DNA of 60,630 nt, counting the filler. It is 4 parts of 4 records of this genome, joined end to end, with 100 filler letters (N's around TTAATTAATTAA, not from the genome) between each part and the next. Parts side by side here need not be neighbours in the genome. Positions count along the whole stretch, not along the records: positions 14,522 to 23,750 come from SRR20825006_1380; positions 23,851 to 50,835 come from SRR20825006_1388; 2 more parts are not named here. One strand, written 5' to 3'. The notes below the pieces were generated by a model. The model did no database searches, had not been told where the DNA came from, and saw nothing but the letters and a program-made list of their open reading frames with translations. This document shows, one piece after another, positions 21,757 to 33,823 of this stretch (positions within the stretch are counted from its first letter, which is position 1; the number at the start of each line of letters is the position of its first letter). The position numbers were made by a program, and so were the translations under genes.

Positions 21757-23613
21757 ATGTTCCTTTTGCAACACCGACGTTACCCATCGCGGCGCCCCGG
21801 AGCCCCCTTCGCGCGCCGTGCCGGCGCCGTCGTCGCCTGCCTGATGGCCCTCGCCGGACCGGTCGCGGCCGAGCCGGTGCACGGCATCGCCATGCAGGGC
21901 GCTCCTGCGCTGGCGCCCGGCTTCGGCCACCTGCCCTACGCCAATCCGGACGCGCCGAAGGGCGGAACGGTCACCTACGGCGTGCTGGGATCGTTCGACA
22001 GCCTCAATCCGTTCATCATCCGCGGCGCCGTCGCGGTCGGGCTGCGCGACCCGTTCTACGGCAACAACGTCTACGAGAGCCTGCTGGAACGGAACCGCGA
22101 CGAGGCGTTCAGCCTCTACGGCCTGCTGGCGGGCGCGGTGGAGATGCCGGAGGACCGGAGCTCCATCACCTTCTTCATGCGGCCGGAGGCCCGGTTTTCC
22201 GACGGCACCCCCGTCACAGTCGACGACGTCGTCTTCTCGTTCGAGATGCTGCGGGACCGGGGCCGGCCGAACCACCGGAGCTACTATTCGAAGGTCGACC
22301 GCGTCGAGCGCGTCGGCGAGGACGGCGTCACCTTTGTCTTCAAGGACGGCGCCGACCGGGAGCTGCCGCTGATTCTCGGGCTGATGCCGGTGCTGCCGGC
22401 GCATGTCCTCGATGCGGAGACCTTCGACCGGACGACGCTGACGCCGCCGGTCGGCTCCGGTCCCTACGTGGTCGAAAGCGTCGATCCCGGCAAGCGCGTC
22501 GTGCTGAAGCGCGACCCGGACTACTGGGGCAAGGATCTCGCCATCAACCGCGGCCGCTTCAACATCGACGAGATCCGCTTCGACTATTTCCGCGACCAGT
22601 CGAGCCTGTTCGAGGCGTTCAAGAAGGGGCTCGTGGACCTCCAGCTGGAGACCGACCCGACCCGCTGGGCGACCGGCTACGACTTCCCCGCCGTCGCCTC
22701 CGGCGACGTCGTGGCGGAGCGCATCGAGACGGGCACGCCCCGGGGCATGCTGGCGTTCGCCTTCAACACGCGCCGGCCGCAGTTCCACGATGCGCGGGTG
22801 CGCGAGGCGCTCGGCTACCTGTTCGACTTCCCGTGGATCAACCAGAACCTGCTGCACGGGCAGTTCGTGCGCACCGCGAGCTACTTCCAGGGTTCCGAGC
22901 TCGCCTCGACGGGCAGGCCGGCCAGCGACACCGAGCGTGGGCTGCTGGCGCCCTACCCCGACGCCGTCCGCGCAGACATCCTCGACGGCAGCTGGGCGCC
23001 GCCCAAGGGCGACGGCTCCGGCCGCGACCGCGCCAACATGCGCAAGGCGCTCGCCCTCTTCAAGGAGGCCGGCTACGCGATCCGGAACGGTCAGCTGGTG
23101 CACGAGGAAACCGGCGAGCCGTTTGCGTTCGAGATCCTCGTCACCACCCGCGAGGACGAGCGCCTGGCACTCGCCTACCAGCGGCTCGTGAAGCCGGTCG
23201 GGGTCACCATCGACGTGCGTTACGTGGACAGCGCCCAGTACCAGTCACGGCTGCAGACCTTCGACTTCGATGTGGTCCGGATGACCTGGCCGTCGTCCCT
23301 GTCGCCGGGCAACGAGCAGCTGTTCCGGTGGGGCTCGTCGGTGGCCGACGCACCGGGCTCCTACAACTACACCGGCGCCGCCGATCCGGCGATCGACGCG
23401 ATGATCGACGCGATGCTGGCAGCCGGGAGCAGGCCGGAGTTCGTCGACGCCGTGCGGGCCCTCGACCGCGTGCTGCTGTCGGGCTTCTACGTGCTGCCCC
23501 TCTACAACTCGCCCGACCAGTGGATCGCCCGCTGGACGCGCCTTCAACACCCCGAGCGGCCGAGCCTGACCGGCGCAGAGCCCGATACCTGGTGGGTGGC
23601 GCCCGGACGCTAG
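21757..23613 (+). CDS. ABC transporter extracellular solute-binding protein, family 5 (YejA-like)
   Basis: HGIAMQG, YANPDAPKGG, FDSLNPFI, ARFSDGTPVT..DV.FS, SLSPGNEQ, RALDRVL, TWW. Confidence 0.9.
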   Translation: MFLLQHRRYPSRRPGAPFARRAGAVVACLMALAGPVAAEPVHGIAMQGAPALAPGFGHLPYANPDAPKGGTVTYGVLGSFDSLNPFIIRGAVAVGLRDPFYGNNVYESLLERNRDEAFSLYGLLAGAVEMPEDRSSITFFMRPEARFSDGTPVTVDDVVFSFEMLRDRGRPNHRSYYSKVDRVERVGEDGVTFVFKDGADRELPLILGLMPVLPAHVLDAETFDRTTLTPPVGSGPYVVESVDPGKRVVLKRDPDYWGKDLAINRGRFNIDEIRFDYFRDQSSLFEAFKKGLVDLQLETDPTRWATGYDFPAVASGDVVAERIETGTPRGMLAFAFNTRRPQFHDARVREALGYLFDFPWINQNLLHGQFVRTASYFQGSELASTGRPASDTERGLLAPYPDAVRADILDGSWAPPKGDGSGRDRANMRKALALFKEAGYAIRNGQLVHEETGEPFAFEILVTTREDERLALAYQRLVKPVGVTIDVRYVDSAQYQSRLQTFDFDVVRMTWPSSLSPGNEQLFRWGSSVADAPGSYNYTGAADPAIDAMIDAMLAAGSRPEFVDAVRALDRVLLSGFYVLPLYNSPDQWIARWTRLQHPERPSLTGAEPDTWWVAPGR

Positions 23614-23750
23614 CGCGCCTGCCGGGACCAAGGCCGCCCCCTCACGCGAGGTTGCCTCCGGTGCCGTTTCACCCCACGTTTCGACCACCCCGGCGAGCCG
23701 TCGCCATCCGGCAACGGCACCGGACCGTCCCCGCCCCAACGAAAGGCGTC

Positions 23751-23850
23751 NNNNNNNNNNNNNNNNNNNNNNNNNNNNNNNNNNNNNNNNNNNNTTAATT
23801 AATTAANNNNNNNNNNNNNNNNNNNNNNNNNNNNNNNNNNNNNNNNNNNN
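23751..23850. other. Artificial contig spacer
   Basis: 100 nt of N with TTAATTAATTAA. Confidence 0.98.
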
Positions 23851-23852
23851 AA

Positions 23853-24668
23853 CCGACCCACAGAGGTCCCAGATGGACCTTCTTTCTTTACTACGCCTCT
23901 CCGTTGCCGCACACACCGTGGATTCCGAACGAGCGTTTCAAAGGAACATCGCGGAGAGGCACGTACGGTGATGTGATTCGGGAAATCGACTGGCAGGTCG
24001 GTGAACTTATGACAGTTCTCGACGAACAGGGCGTCGCGGAAAACACTCTGTTTATCTTCGCGTCGGACAACGGCCCGGTACTCGGGATGAACGGCGGTGA
24101 TGCTGGCCCGTTTCGCGATGGCAAATGGACCGACTTTGAGGGCGGCATACGTGTCCCATGCATCATGCGCTGGCCGGGTATGATTGAGCCCGATTCGACG
24201 ACCAGTCAGATCACCGGAATCGTGGATCTGCTGCCGACGTTTTGTTCAATCGCTGGAGTCGACTCGCCGGGCGACCGCGTGATCGACGGGCGTAACATTC
24301 TGCCGTACATGAAGGGCGAGAAGGTTACGAAGCCGATCCACGAAACATTTATCGTGCCCAGTTCGGTGATTCGTCACGGTCGCTGGAAACTGCTTGTTCG
24401 CGACTTGAAGCCGGGCGGTAAGAGCGGTCGCGAGGGAAAACGACCGGCGGCTTCCGCAGGATCGCTTTTCAATCTGCAGATCGATCCGGGTGAAACGCAC
24501 GATGTCTCAGCCGACTATCCCGAAGTCGTACTCGACCTTCGACGTCGGATGGACGCCGCGGTCAGGGAACTGAAAGCCAACAGCCGACCGATTGGCAGAC
24601 TCCCAGACGTGCCAGCTCCCGCAAAAAAGAACAACGCTGACAGCCTCCGCCAAACAAGACTGAAATGA
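23853..24668 (+). CDS. Arylsulfatase family protein, 5'-truncated
   Basis: FFLYYASPLPHTP, YGDVIREIDWQVG, SDNG, EGGIRVP, DPGE. Confidence 0.85.
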   Translation, partial: PTHRGPRWTFFLYYASPLPHTPWIPNERFKGTSRRGTYGDVIREIDWQVGELMTVLDEQGVAENTLFIFASDNGPVLGMNGGDAGPFRDGKWTDFEGGIRVPCIMRWPGMIEPDSTTSQITGIVDLLPTFCSIAGVDSPGDRVIDGRNILPYMKGEKVTKPIHETFIVPSSVIRHGRWKLLVRDLKPGGKSGREGKRPAASAGSLFNLQIDPGETHDVSADYPEVVLDLRRRMDAAVRELKANSRPIGRLPDVPAPAKKNNADSLRQTRLK

Positions 24669-26959
24669 CTCAACTCATCCACCAACCACTTCTTCGTGTG
24701 ACGCTGCCAGCGTTGATACTCTGTGTCAGCGTGAGCAGGCTGCTGGTCGCATCAGAGTCGCCACCGAATATCGTCTTCATCTTCGTCGACGACCAGGGCT
24801 ACTACGATCTCGGATGTTATGGCGCGACCGAGGTCAAGACGCCGCGGATTGACGCGATGGCCGATGAGGGAATCCGCTTCACGGATTACTACGCGGCTGC
24901 TCCCATTTGCAGTCCTTCGCGGGCCGGTCTGTTGACGGGGTGTTACCCGCGACGAGTCGGCAACCATATCTGGGTGCATCGCGCGGACTCGGCATCTGGA
25001 ATCCATCCAGACGAACTAACGATTGCGGAGTTGTTCCAACAGAACGGTTACGCGACGGCGTGTATCGGCAAATGGCATCTGGGATTCCAGGAACCGTTCC
25101 TCCCACGCAACCAGGGATTCGGTCACTACTTTGGTTTGCTGCACAATCTGGACCCGGTTGAAGTCGTCTATTTCGGGGACAAGGGCGTTCCCCTGATGCG
25201 GAATGAGATGGTCGTTAAGCGTCCCGCCGATCCTTCGGAATTGACGAAGCTCTACACGGACGAAGCCATCGCCTTTATGAAGAAGAACGTGGAGAAACCG
25301 TTTTTCCTCTATCTGCCACACACCATGTTGCACAATCCGCTTGGCGTGAGCGAAGGGTTCAAAGGAACTTCGAGATGGGGGGAATACGGCGACGCAATTC
25401 AGGAACTTGACCACAACGTCGGTCGCCTGTTCGATTCCTTGGAGCGTTTGGGCATAAGTGACAACACGATCGTCATTTACGCTTCGGATAATGGCCGTGG
25501 TCCTGGTCGTTCGCCGGAGCAGAAGATTCGTGGACGCAAGCTTTCAACGTACGAAGGCGGCATTCGCGTTCCAGCAATCGCATGGGGGCCCGGGCTCGGG
25601 TTGCAAAGGGGCAAGTCATCTGCGGCGGTGGTACGTGCAATGGACTGGTATCCGACCCTTGCGACGCTGGCCGGAATCGAGATTCCAGAAGGTCCTGTGA
25701 TCGACGGTCGCGACATGAGTCCATTACTGAAAGGAGACTCAGCGTTTGTTCCGGCCCCGGGGCTGGACAAATCACTGAATGCAAAAGTGCCCTTGCGTCG
25801 TCGCTGGGATCCGCCTGGGGAATGGGAGCCGCTGATTGAGCGATGGGAGTACAACGACGCGTTCTTCTACCACGGCAGTCAGGGAGCGCTGGCGGCGGTG
25901 CGTTGGAAACACTGGAAGCTCTATTTGAATCCAAGCCTTCAACTATACGACCTGTCGAAAGACCCGGGCGAATCGACTCTTGTTCGCAATGGCGATGTGA
26001 TTCGTAAGTTGCGCGGCATGGCGATCCTGTTTCAGGAAGAGATGCGGCTTGATGCCCGAGCGGCCGGACAGGTGACGCCTCGTCGAGCTGACGGCAAAAC
26101 CGAGATTCCAGCGGAAATCATCGATCGACTGCATAGCAAGCTAGACGTGACCTTCGCGCGCTACGGCGACCGCACACTCGAACTGGATATCTACCGCCCA
26201 AAGGACGATTGGCGATCGCTGCCTGCCCTCGTGTGCATTCACGGTGGCGGCTGGAGTAAAGGCCAGAAAACTCACTTCCGCAACGTCGCACAGGCTTTGG
26301 CCGCGAAGGGTTTCGTGACAGCCTCGATTGACTATCGCCTCAGTGGAGAGGCTCCGTTCCCGGCACACATTCATGACTGCAAGGCCGCCGTAAGATTTCT
26401 TCGAGCGAACGCCAGCGACTTTGGCATCGACCCGGGGAAGATCGGCGCGATTGGCCACTCCGCGGGCGGTCATCTCGCAGCGTTGCTGGCTATGTCGGCG
26501 GGTGTGCAGGAACTCGAGGGTAAAGGTGGCAACGCAGAAGTGAGCAGTGCCATTCAAGCGGCCATTTCGATGGGCGGACAAACTGATTTTCTGTCCGAAC
26601 GCAATCGTGAGATTTCGAGTCAGAAGGAGATCTGGCAACAGTTCCTGGGCGGTTCACAGGCAGAAAAGCCTCAGACCTATCGAATCGCCTCACCGCTGGT
26701 TCACGTCGATCAGACCGATCCACCCTGCTGGATCATCACAGGTGAAAATGACGATCCCAGCACTCACGCCGATCAGTTTCGTGAACGTTTTCAAACGCTA
26801 GACATTCATTCGGGGCTAACTGTCATCAAGGACGCTCCCCACGCGTTCCTGACGACGCAAGTGTGGTTCGACGAGGCAATTGAAGTCGCTGACACATTTT
26901 TCACGAAGACATTGAAACAAACGCGAAACGACGCTCCGGCGCGAAAACGCGATAACTGA
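24665..26959 (+). CDS. Sulfatase fused to C-terminal alpha/beta-hydrolase esterase
   Basis: PNIVFIFVDD, CSPSRAGLLTG, GKWHLG; then HGGGW, GHSAGG, END...APH. Confidence 0.88.
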   Translation: MTQLIHQPLLRVTLPALILCVSVSRLLVASESPPNIVFIFVDDQGYYDLGCYGATEVKTPRIDAMADEGIRFTDYYAAAPICSPSRAGLLTGCYPRRVGNHIWVHRADSASGIHPDELTIAELFQQNGYATACIGKWHLGFQEPFLPRNQGFGHYFGLLHNLDPVEVVYFGDKGVPLMRNEMVVKRPADPSELTKLYTDEAIAFMKKNVEKPFFLYLPHTMLHNPLGVSEGFKGTSRWGEYGDAIQELDHNVGRLFDSLERLGISDNTIVIYASDNGRGPGRSPEQKIRGRKLSTYEGGIRVPAIAWGPGLGLQRGKSSAAVVRAMDWYPTLATLAGIEIPEGPVIDGRDMSPLLKGDSAFVPAPGLDKSLNAKVPLRRRWDPPGEWEPLIERWEYNDAFFYHGSQGALAAVRWKHWKLYLNPSLQLYDLSKDPGESTLVRNGDVIRKLRGMAILFQEEMRLDARAAGQVTPRRADGKTEIPAEIIDRLHSKLDVTFARYGDRTLELDIYRPKDDWRSLPALVCIHGGGWSKGQKTHFRNVAQALAAKGFVTASIDYRLSGEAPFPAHIHDCKAAVRFLRANASDFGIDPGKIGAIGHSAGGHLAALLAMSAGVQELEGKGGNAEVSSAIQAAISMGGQTDFLSERNREISSQKEIWQQFLGGSQAEKPQTYRIASPLVHVDQTDPPCWIITGENDDPSTHADQFRERFQTLDIHSGLTVIKDAPHAFLTTQVWFDEAIEVADTFFTKTLKQTRNDAPARKRDN

Positions 26960-26983
26960 GTCAACCAAAGGAGCAAACAATCG

Positions 26984-28450
26984 ATGCGTTTCAGACTTGC
27001 ATTATCGATCTTCATCGGCGCGATCCTATCTCTTTCCGCATGTTCAGCCTGCGCCGGCGCGTCGCCGGACAAGCCAATGAACGTGCTGTTTCTGGTTGCG
27101 GATGATTTGAATAGTTGGCTGCTCGAGGATGCCGATCGGTACGCGGGCCGAGTCGTTGCCCCCAATCTTCGAAAGTTGGCTGCCAGTGGAGTCAACTTCA
27201 CGCGAGCGTATACCGCAGCGCCGGTTTGTTCGCCGTCTCGCACCGCATTCTTTTCCGGCGTAGCTCCTTGGAAATCGGGTATCTACAACAACGCGCAGAC
27301 CATCAACAAGAGTGAGGTAGTGAACCGGGACGAAGTGTTATCACTGGCAGGACTGTTCAAGAAGAACGGCTACGGCACTTTTGGGTACGGCAAAATCACT
27401 CACGGCTGGGACCAGAAAAAATACTGGGATGACAAAATTGGCCACAAACGCGATCCGGCTCCTCCCGGTGCGTCTTTGGCAGGACTCAGCGGCGGAGAAC
27501 AGGATTGGGGAATCATCCATCTCGCCGAAGAACAAATGAATGACACCGGAGGAGCCAACAAAGCGATCGCAGTGCTGGAGAAACAACACGACAAGCCATT
27601 CTTCCTGGCATACGGCACGTTCAATCCGCACATGCCCTGGTATGTGCCGAAGAAGTATTTTGACATGTACCCTCTGGACCAGATCGTCCTGCCCGAACTG
27701 AAGGCCGACGACCTGGACGACCTTCCTCCCTTGGCCAAAGCGGTGAGTGACGGGATCGGAAGTTTCGCTGACAAGGTCATCGAGTCTGGCCAGCATAAAG
27801 AGGCGGTGCAGGCCTACCTGGCCACAACGACCTACGTCGACACTCAGTTCGGGCGTGTCCTCGACGCCCTAGAAAACAGTCCGTACAAGGACAACACGAT
27901 TGTCGTTTTCCTCACTGATCACGGATTTCACCTTGGAGAAAAACATCACTGGCAAAAGACGACTCTCTGGGAAGAGGGCACGCACACGTTATTGATGTTT
28001 CGTGCCCCTGGAGTCAGCCAAACCGGCGGCGTGTCTGAACGGTTCGTTTCCCTGATGGACATCTATCCGACTCTTGCGGAGCTCTGCGGCCTCACGCCTC
28101 CAGCCTACATCGATGGACGCTCGTTAGTTCCGCTGCTCAAGGACCCAACGGCTCCGTGGGAAAGCACCGCCATCACCGGATTGTGCGATAAGAGCAAAAC
28201 GGATCTGGCCTATATCAGCATCCGCAATGAACTCGGACGCTACACCCGCTACGGGGCGAACGAAGAAGAATTCTACGACGCCACCAAGGATCCTCATGAG
28301 TGGACCAACCAGATCGACAACTCAAAATATGCCACCACCGTCGACAGACTCCGCGCCCTGGTCCCCAGTTTCGAGGATGCCGCTCAACCGCTTCCCTCAG
28401 CGTTGACTACGAAACGCAGGGGAACCCGAAAAGAGAAAAAGAAGAACTAA
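26984..28450 (+). CDS. Sulfatase (iduronate/choline-sulfatase-like)
   Basis: [33 protein letters not shown]. Confidence 0.88.
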   Translation: MRFRLALSIFIGAILSLSACSACAGASPDKPMNVLFLVADDLNSWLLEDADRYAGRVVAPNLRKLAASGVNFTRAYTAAPVCSPSRTAFFSGVAPWKSGIYNNAQTINKSEVVNRDEVLSLAGLFKKNGYGTFGYGKITHGWDQKKYWDDKIGHKRDPAPPGASLAGLSGGEQDWGIIHLAEEQMNDTGGANKAIAVLEKQHDKPFFLAYGTFNPHMPWYVPKKYFDMYPLDQIVLPELKADDLDDLPPLAKAVSDGIGSFADKVIESGQHKEAVQAYLATTTYVDTQFGRVLDALENSPYKDNTIVVFLTDHGFHLGEKHHWQKTTLWEEGTHTLLMFRAPGVSQTGGVSERFVSLMDIYPTLAELCGLTPPAYIDGRSLVPLLKDPTAPWESTAITGLCDKSKTDLAYISIRNELGRYTRYGANEEEFYDATKDPHEWTNQIDNSKYATTVDRLRALVPSFEDAAQPLPSALTTKRRGTRKEKKKN

Positions 28451-28498
28451 TCCAATCCCTTAGCATCACAAAGACAAGTTGATCAAACAGGACGAACC

Positions 28499-29773
28499 AT
28501 GAACACCTTGCCTCAAAACAAGCCTTCACGTCGCACGGCTTTGAAATCCATCGGCGCGACCACCGCGCTTGCCGCGTCCGGCCTGTTGCCGTCATCGATG
28601 TACGCCACACCGTCGACCTCCGCAAACGGCAAGTTGCGAGTTGGCTTAATCGGTGCGGGCGGGCGAGCCAAATGGCTGACGCGTGCATTGGGTCGCGAAT
28701 CCCATCGAGCCGAACTGGTCGCGGTCTGCGATTGTTATCTGCCGCAGATCGATGTTCTCGCGGCAGACAACAAGAAAGATCCAAGAGCCGGTGACTCCTG
28801 GAAACGCTATCAGAGCTATGAGCAGATGTTTGAGCAGGAGGATCTCGATGCGGTCATGATCGCGACGCCGGATCATGTGCGCGTGCGAGCGGCAATGCTC
28901 GCTTGCACCAAAGGCCTGGATGTCTACGCGGAAAAGCCGCTTAGCTTTAGCATCCCGGAAGGTCGGGCACTGGTCAAAGCGGTGCGAAAGCACAAACGCA
29001 TTTTGCAGGTCGGCACGCAACAACGCAGCACTCCGATCAATCAGTACGCGTGCGAGTTCATTCGTGACGGTGGACTTGGGAAAGTCGCCACGATCCTCGT
29101 GAAAAAGTACTCAGGCTCTCGGCCTGCAACCGGCCTCGACAGCCAACCCGTTCCCGACGGCATGGACTGGAATCGATTTTGTGACCAGGCACCGCTTGTT
29201 GACTATCACGAACAGCTTCATCGTCGGTGGCGAAATTTCGACACCTTCACGGGCGGACCCATTTGCGATCGAGGGTCACACGCGCTGGACATGGTTCACC
29301 TTGCGATGGGTTGGGAGAACGTCGCCCCCACTCGGATTGAACCCACCACAGAAGCGGAGAATGCCAGGGACCGTGGTGTGAGGTTGTATTACCCGGACGG
29401 CACCGTCATTCGACTGGAAAGCACCGACGGACCGGCCTTTGGCGGCATCTTTATTGGCGAGCAAGGCAAAATCGAAATCAATCGAGGACGCTTCGCCTGC
29501 AACCCGAAGGACTTGCTTCAGCCTTTTACCGGCTCTCAAACGGAATCGCATGTTGGCAACTGGCTGGATTGCATTGAAACCCGCGAACAGCCCAATGCGC
29601 CGGTGGAAGTCGGCCACCTGATTACCAGTGTCGCGCACTTAATCAACATCTGTCGCACCACAGGCCGCACGATCAACTGGGACGCGACCAAAGAACAAAT
29701 CATCGGCGATGACGCTGCCAACGCATTGTTGACGAAACCGCGACGTCCCGAGTTTCCACTTCCCGCTGTTTAG
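28499..29773 (+). CDS. Gfo/Idh/MocA oxidoreductase with Tat signal
   Basis: [34 protein letters not shown]. Confidence 0.9.
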   Translation: MNTLPQNKPSRRTALKSIGATTALAASGLLPSSMYATPSTSANGKLRVGLIGAGGRAKWLTRALGRESHRAELVAVCDCYLPQIDVLAADNKKDPRAGDSWKRYQSYEQMFEQEDLDAVMIATPDHVRVRAAMLACTKGLDVYAEKPLSFSIPEGRALVKAVRKHKRILQVGTQQRSTPINQYACEFIRDGGLGKVATILVKKYSGSRPATGLDSQPVPDGMDWNRFCDQAPLVDYHEQLHRRWRNFDTFTGGPICDRGSHALDMVHLAMGWENVAPTRIEPTTEAENARDRGVRLYYPDGTVIRLESTDGPAFGGIFIGEQGKIEINRGRFACNPKDLLQPFTGSQTESHVGNWLDCIETREQPNAPVEVGHLITSVAHLINICRTTGRTINWDATKEQIIGDDAANALLTKPRRPEFPLPAV

Positions 29774-29787
29774 CCACAGGAACGCAA

Positions 29788-30498
29788 ATGCTTTCTCACT
29801 TCTTTCGTCGTTTGAATCGTGCGAAAACGCGACGGTTTCGGTCAACGATCGCTCTCGCTGCGATCGCGGTCTTGATGTGCTGTGGCACCGCCTTAGCCGA
29901 TGATTGGGTTCCCCTGTTCGATGGCAGAAGCCTCGGCGGCTGGAAACCGTCACGCGACAACACGCAGTTCGCGCTCACCGATGGTGTCATTACTGGCACG
30001 AGTTCCGGCCAGACTCATTTCCTGCACACGGTCGAAACTTATGGTGATTTTGAACTCGAGATGGAAGTCAAACTTCACGACACCGATCTGAATTCAGGCG
30101 TCCAAATTCGAACTGCGTTGACTCGCAATAACGCGAAAGGTCAATCGAGAGAATCGATTCATGGACCTCAGGTCGATATTGGAAAATCTCCCGGCCGCAG
30201 CGGGCACATCTTTAACCAGGGCAATGGTGCCTGGATCACACCCAAAGAAGACCTGGTCCGCAACGAGCTGATGGTCAATGACAAATGGAACAAGCTGCGT
30301 GTGTTGGCCGTTGGGCCACGAATTCAAACTTGGATCAATGGCAAGCAAGTCGCGGATGTCACTGATAACGAAGCCTACACAAAGTATCCCTCCGGCGTGA
30401 TCGCCTTGCAGGTACACGGTGTCAAAAATTCACCCGAGAAACCACGCCACGTTTCCTTTCGATCCATTCGCATTCGCAAATTCGAATCTGTCAAGTAA
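29788..30498 (+). CDS. DUF1080 (3-keto-disaccharide hydrolase-like) protein
   Basis: [38 protein letters not shown]. Confidence 0.88.
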   Translation: MLSHFFRRLNRAKTRRFRSTIALAAIAVLMCCGTALADDWVPLFDGRSLGGWKPSRDNTQFALTDGVITGTSSGQTHFLHTVETYGDFELEMEVKLHDTDLNSGVQIRTALTRNNAKGQSRESIHGPQVDIGKSPGRSGHIFNQGNGAWITPKEDLVRNELMVNDKWNKLRVLAVGPRIQTWINGKQVADVTDNEAYTKYPSGVIALQVHGVKNSPEKPRHVSFRSIRIRKFESVK

Positions 30499-30552
30499 CA
30501 ACTGCACTCTCATGTCAACCTACAGCAACGACAATACGTGAGCATCATAAAT

Positions 30553-31926
30553 ATGAAACATCTTCTAACGCTCCTGATACTCGCCGCGACTGCAGGTAGT
30601 CTCTGCGCAAATGACTCGCGCCCGAACGTCGTGCTGATCCTCAGCGATGATCAGGCATGGACCGACTACGGCTTCATGGGGCATCCACACATACAGACGC
30701 CACACCTAGATCAACTGGCTCGCCGGAGCATTGTCTTTGAACGCGGGTATGTGGCGGCTCCCCTGTGTCGGCCGTCCCTGGCGACGCTGGTCACGGGACT
30801 TTTTCCCTCGCAGCACGGAATCACCGGGAATGATGTCGATGGTTACAACAATCGCGCGGCTCTGGACGTTCCGCTGCGTGAGGCGTTTCACAAGCATGCC
30901 AGCGTGATCCGAATGCTTACCGCCAATGGCTATCTGACTCATCAGTCCGGCAAGTGGTGGGAAGGCTCGGCGCAGGACGGAGGATTCACTCACGGGATGA
31001 CTCATGGCGACCCGAAGCGAGGCGGTCGACACGGCGATGTCGGCCTGACCATTGGACGCGAAGGCATGCAGCCCGTGACGGACTTCATCGATCTTGCCGT
31101 TGAGGAAGACAAGCCGTTCTTTGTTTGGTACGCACCATTTCTGCCACACACTCCCCACAACCCACCGAAGCGACTGCTTGAAAAGTACGCCGTTGAAGGG
31201 CGGGCCAAAGACGTCGCCCGCTACTACGCAATGTGCGAATGGTTCGACGAAACCAGTGGAGAGTTGTTGAACTACCTTGACCGGAAAGGCGTCACCGAGA
31301 ACACGCTGGTGTTCTACGTTTGCGACAATGGCTGGGCCGCGCCGAGTACCAACACGGACGATCCCCATCAGAAACTGTGGAAAGCCTACGCCCAGCGGTC
31401 GAAGAGTTCCCCGTATGAAAATGGTATCCGCACACCAATCATGGTCTCATGGCCGGGACACGTGAAGCCGGGCCGGGCCGAGGACTTCGCTCACTCAATC
31501 GACTTTTTTCCGACAATCGCCGCCGCCACTGGTATCAATGCTCCGGCCAACCTTCCGGGCCTTGATCTTCTCGACGCAGAGGCTCGAGGGCAGCGTGATC
31601 GAGTCTTCGGCGTCACGCACGCAACCCACAATATGACGCCTGGGAATCCCGACGGCACATTGCAGTATCTCTGGTGCGTGGAAGACGAATGGAAACTGAT
31701 CGTCCGTCAGCAAGGCAAAGACACGACCAAGTACAAAGCTCTTCACGTCTGGGATCAGGCTCCCGCGAGGCTCTATCACATCGAATCGGATCCCCACGAG
31801 AAGAACGACGTCGCCGCAAACCATCCGGAAAGAGTTGCTCGCTTGAAGAAGGAGATCGACGGTTGGATCAGCAGCCTTGCCACGCGGGAAATCAAACCAG
31901 AAACCACGAGGAGACCCAACAGATGA
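30553..31926 (+). CDS. Sulfatase with atypical CRPSL motif
   Basis: [37 protein letters not shown]. Confidence 0.85.
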   Translation: MKHLLTLLILAATAGSLCANDSRPNVVLILSDDQAWTDYGFMGHPHIQTPHLDQLARRSIVFERGYVAAPLCRPSLATLVTGLFPSQHGITGNDVDGYNNRAALDVPLREAFHKHASVIRMLTANGYLTHQSGKWWEGSAQDGGFTHGMTHGDPKRGGRHGDVGLTIGREGMQPVTDFIDLAVEEDKPFFVWYAPFLPHTPHNPPKRLLEKYAVEGRAKDVARYYAMCEWFDETSGELLNYLDRKGVTENTLVFYVCDNGWAAPSTNTDDPHQKLWKAYAQRSKSSPYENGIRTPIMVSWPGHVKPGRAEDFAHSIDFFPTIAAATGINAPANLPGLDLLDAEARGQRDRVFGVTHATHNMTPGNPDGTLQYLWCVEDEWKLIVRQQGKDTTKYKALHVWDQAPARLYHIESDPHEKNDVAANHPERVARLKKEIDGWISSLATREIKPETTRRPNR

Positions 31927-33470
31927 GGAACGGGATCGTCTTACTATTGCTGGCATCAATGCTGTCTGGCGGCGTTGCGATAGCGAACGACGTTACGAAG
32001 CCCAACGTTGTGCTGTTGTTCATCGATGACTGGGCGTGGAACGGGTCGCCGGTTGCGATGGATGACTCGATGCCGAATTCGCACATGCCGATCCTGCAGA
32101 TGCCGAATATCGAACGACTGGCTCGCGAGGGAATGAAGTTCACCAGCGCGTATGCTTCGCCGCAGTGTTCCCCGTCGCGAGTTTGTGTTCAGACCGGCCA
32201 GTCCTCGCCACGCAATGGCTTCACTGTGTTCATGAACGATCGCGGACAGGACTACTTCGACGAAAAGGGCTATCCCGACTTTCCGGTGATTCCCTGCGTG
32301 TCGGACATGACGATCGACGCGGACGCGGTGACGATCCCTGAAGCTTTAGAGCCGCTCGGCTATGTCAGCGCTCACATCGGCAAATGGCACATGCGAGGCG
32401 ATCCCGGGGATGAAGGATATGTGGTGCATGACGGCGACACCAGCAACAAACCTGGAAACACGTTGCCGGCTGGCGCAAACCAGCGACTGCCCGACGACCT
32501 GACCGATCCCAAGCTGATGTTCAGCGTCACCCAAAAGGCGATCGACTTCATGACCGAGCAGGCCACGGCCGACCAGCCTTTCTATTTGCAGATCTCACAC
32601 TACGCGATGCACGAAGGCCGCGAGTGCCTGCCGGCGACGCGTGAGAAGTACGTCCGACATCCACTCGTCCAGGCGTACTACCGGAAAATCGGGAAGACGG
32701 CCGAGACTGTCAAACGCAAGGAAGATCCGGCGATCTGGCTTGGGATGGGCGACGATCTCGACGGACGCATCGGAGCCGTGCTCGACCGAATCAGCGAGCT
32801 GGGAATCGAAGACAACACGTATGTTGTGCTGGTGTCGGACAACGGGTACCGGCACAAAGAGCTTCAGCTGACCGAGGGTCTCACGCAGCCACACCATGCA
32901 GCCAAGTGGTGGGTCTGGCAGGGTGGTATTCGCGTTCCAATGATCGTTCGAGGTCCCGGCATCAAGCCAGGTTCTGTCTTCAATGGCAACGTCGTCAACT
33001 ACGACTTCCTGCCAACATTTCTTGACTGGGCTGGCGGCGATCCGAACACACTGAACAACATTGACGGGGTCAGTCTCGCTGCCTACATGGCCGGCGAGCA
33101 GCCAACCGACGCGTTCCTCAACCGGAATCTCTATTTCCACTACCCGCACTATCGTTCGAGCATGCCGCATTCCGCCGTCGTCTCCGGCACGCATAAGCTA
33201 CTGCATTTCTACGAGCGACCCGACCTTCCCATGCTTTTTGACCTGACGTCCGACCTAGGCGAAGTTCACAACATCGCATCCACTCACCCGAAAGAACACC
33301 GGCGGCTCTACGACGACATGATGAACTACTTCGACCAAGTCGGCGCCCGTCTCCCAAAGCCAAATCCGAACTACGACGCCGCTGCCTACGGCAAGTCAAA
33401 GGAGCACGAAAAACGTATCCAATGGGGACCATTCGCCGGCAGCCGTCAACTGGCCGAGGACGAGAGATAG
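31923..33470 (+). CDS. Sulfatase
   Basis: [35 protein letters not shown]. Confidence 0.88.
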   Translation: MRNGIVLLLLASMLSGGVAIANDVTKPNVVLLFIDDWAWNGSPVAMDDSMPNSHMPILQMPNIERLAREGMKFTSAYASPQCSPSRVCVQTGQSSPRNGFTVFMNDRGQDYFDEKGYPDFPVIPCVSDMTIDADAVTIPEALEPLGYVSAHIGKWHMRGDPGDEGYVVHDGDTSNKPGNTLPAGANQRLPDDLTDPKLMFSVTQKAIDFMTEQATADQPFYLQISHYAMHEGRECLPATREKYVRHPLVQAYYRKIGKTAETVKRKEDPAIWLGMGDDLDGRIGAVLDRISELGIEDNTYVVLVSDNGYRHKELQLTEGLTQPHHAAKWWVWQGGIRVPMIVRGPGIKPGSVFNGNVVNYDFLPTFLDWAGGDPNTLNNIDGVSLAAYMAGEQPTDAFLNRNLYFHYPHYRSSMPHSAVVSGTHKLLHFYERPDLPMLFDLTSDLGEVHNIASTHPKEHRRLYDDMMNYFDQVGARLPKPNPNYDAAAYGKSKEHEKRIQWGPFAGSRQLAEDER

Positions 33471-33707
33471 GATGCGTTCAATCAATCAAATTCCGTATCG
33501 GAATCGCGTTAGGGACTGCCGTCGCCGGAAGCCTCTGCACAGATTTGTACGTGAAGTTTTCCCTCATACGGCTCCTGCTCCGAGCCGGGCGTGATGCCCA
33601 ACATTGGGGCAAGGATAGCCTCGTCCAATACCGACAGAGTTCTGACTTCCGCAGATAGCGTTTCTTTTGACAAACCGTTTTAAAAGTGATGGACGAAGTC
33701 GCAGGCG

Positions 33708-33771
33708 GTACAATGGCCTTCCAGCCAAATCCTTTCGCGGATTGATCGAAAAGCCTTGTAGGCCCTCGTGC
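33708..33771. repeat. Degenerate REP doublet (intergenic)
   Basis: GTACAATGGCCTTCCAGCC ... GCCTTGTAGGCCCTCGTGC; decayed match to the consensus arms. Confidence 0.55.
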
Positions 33772-33823
33772 TCAATGAGACGCGATCACGAATCTGAATC
33801 ACACTTCACGCTCTTGAGCCGAC

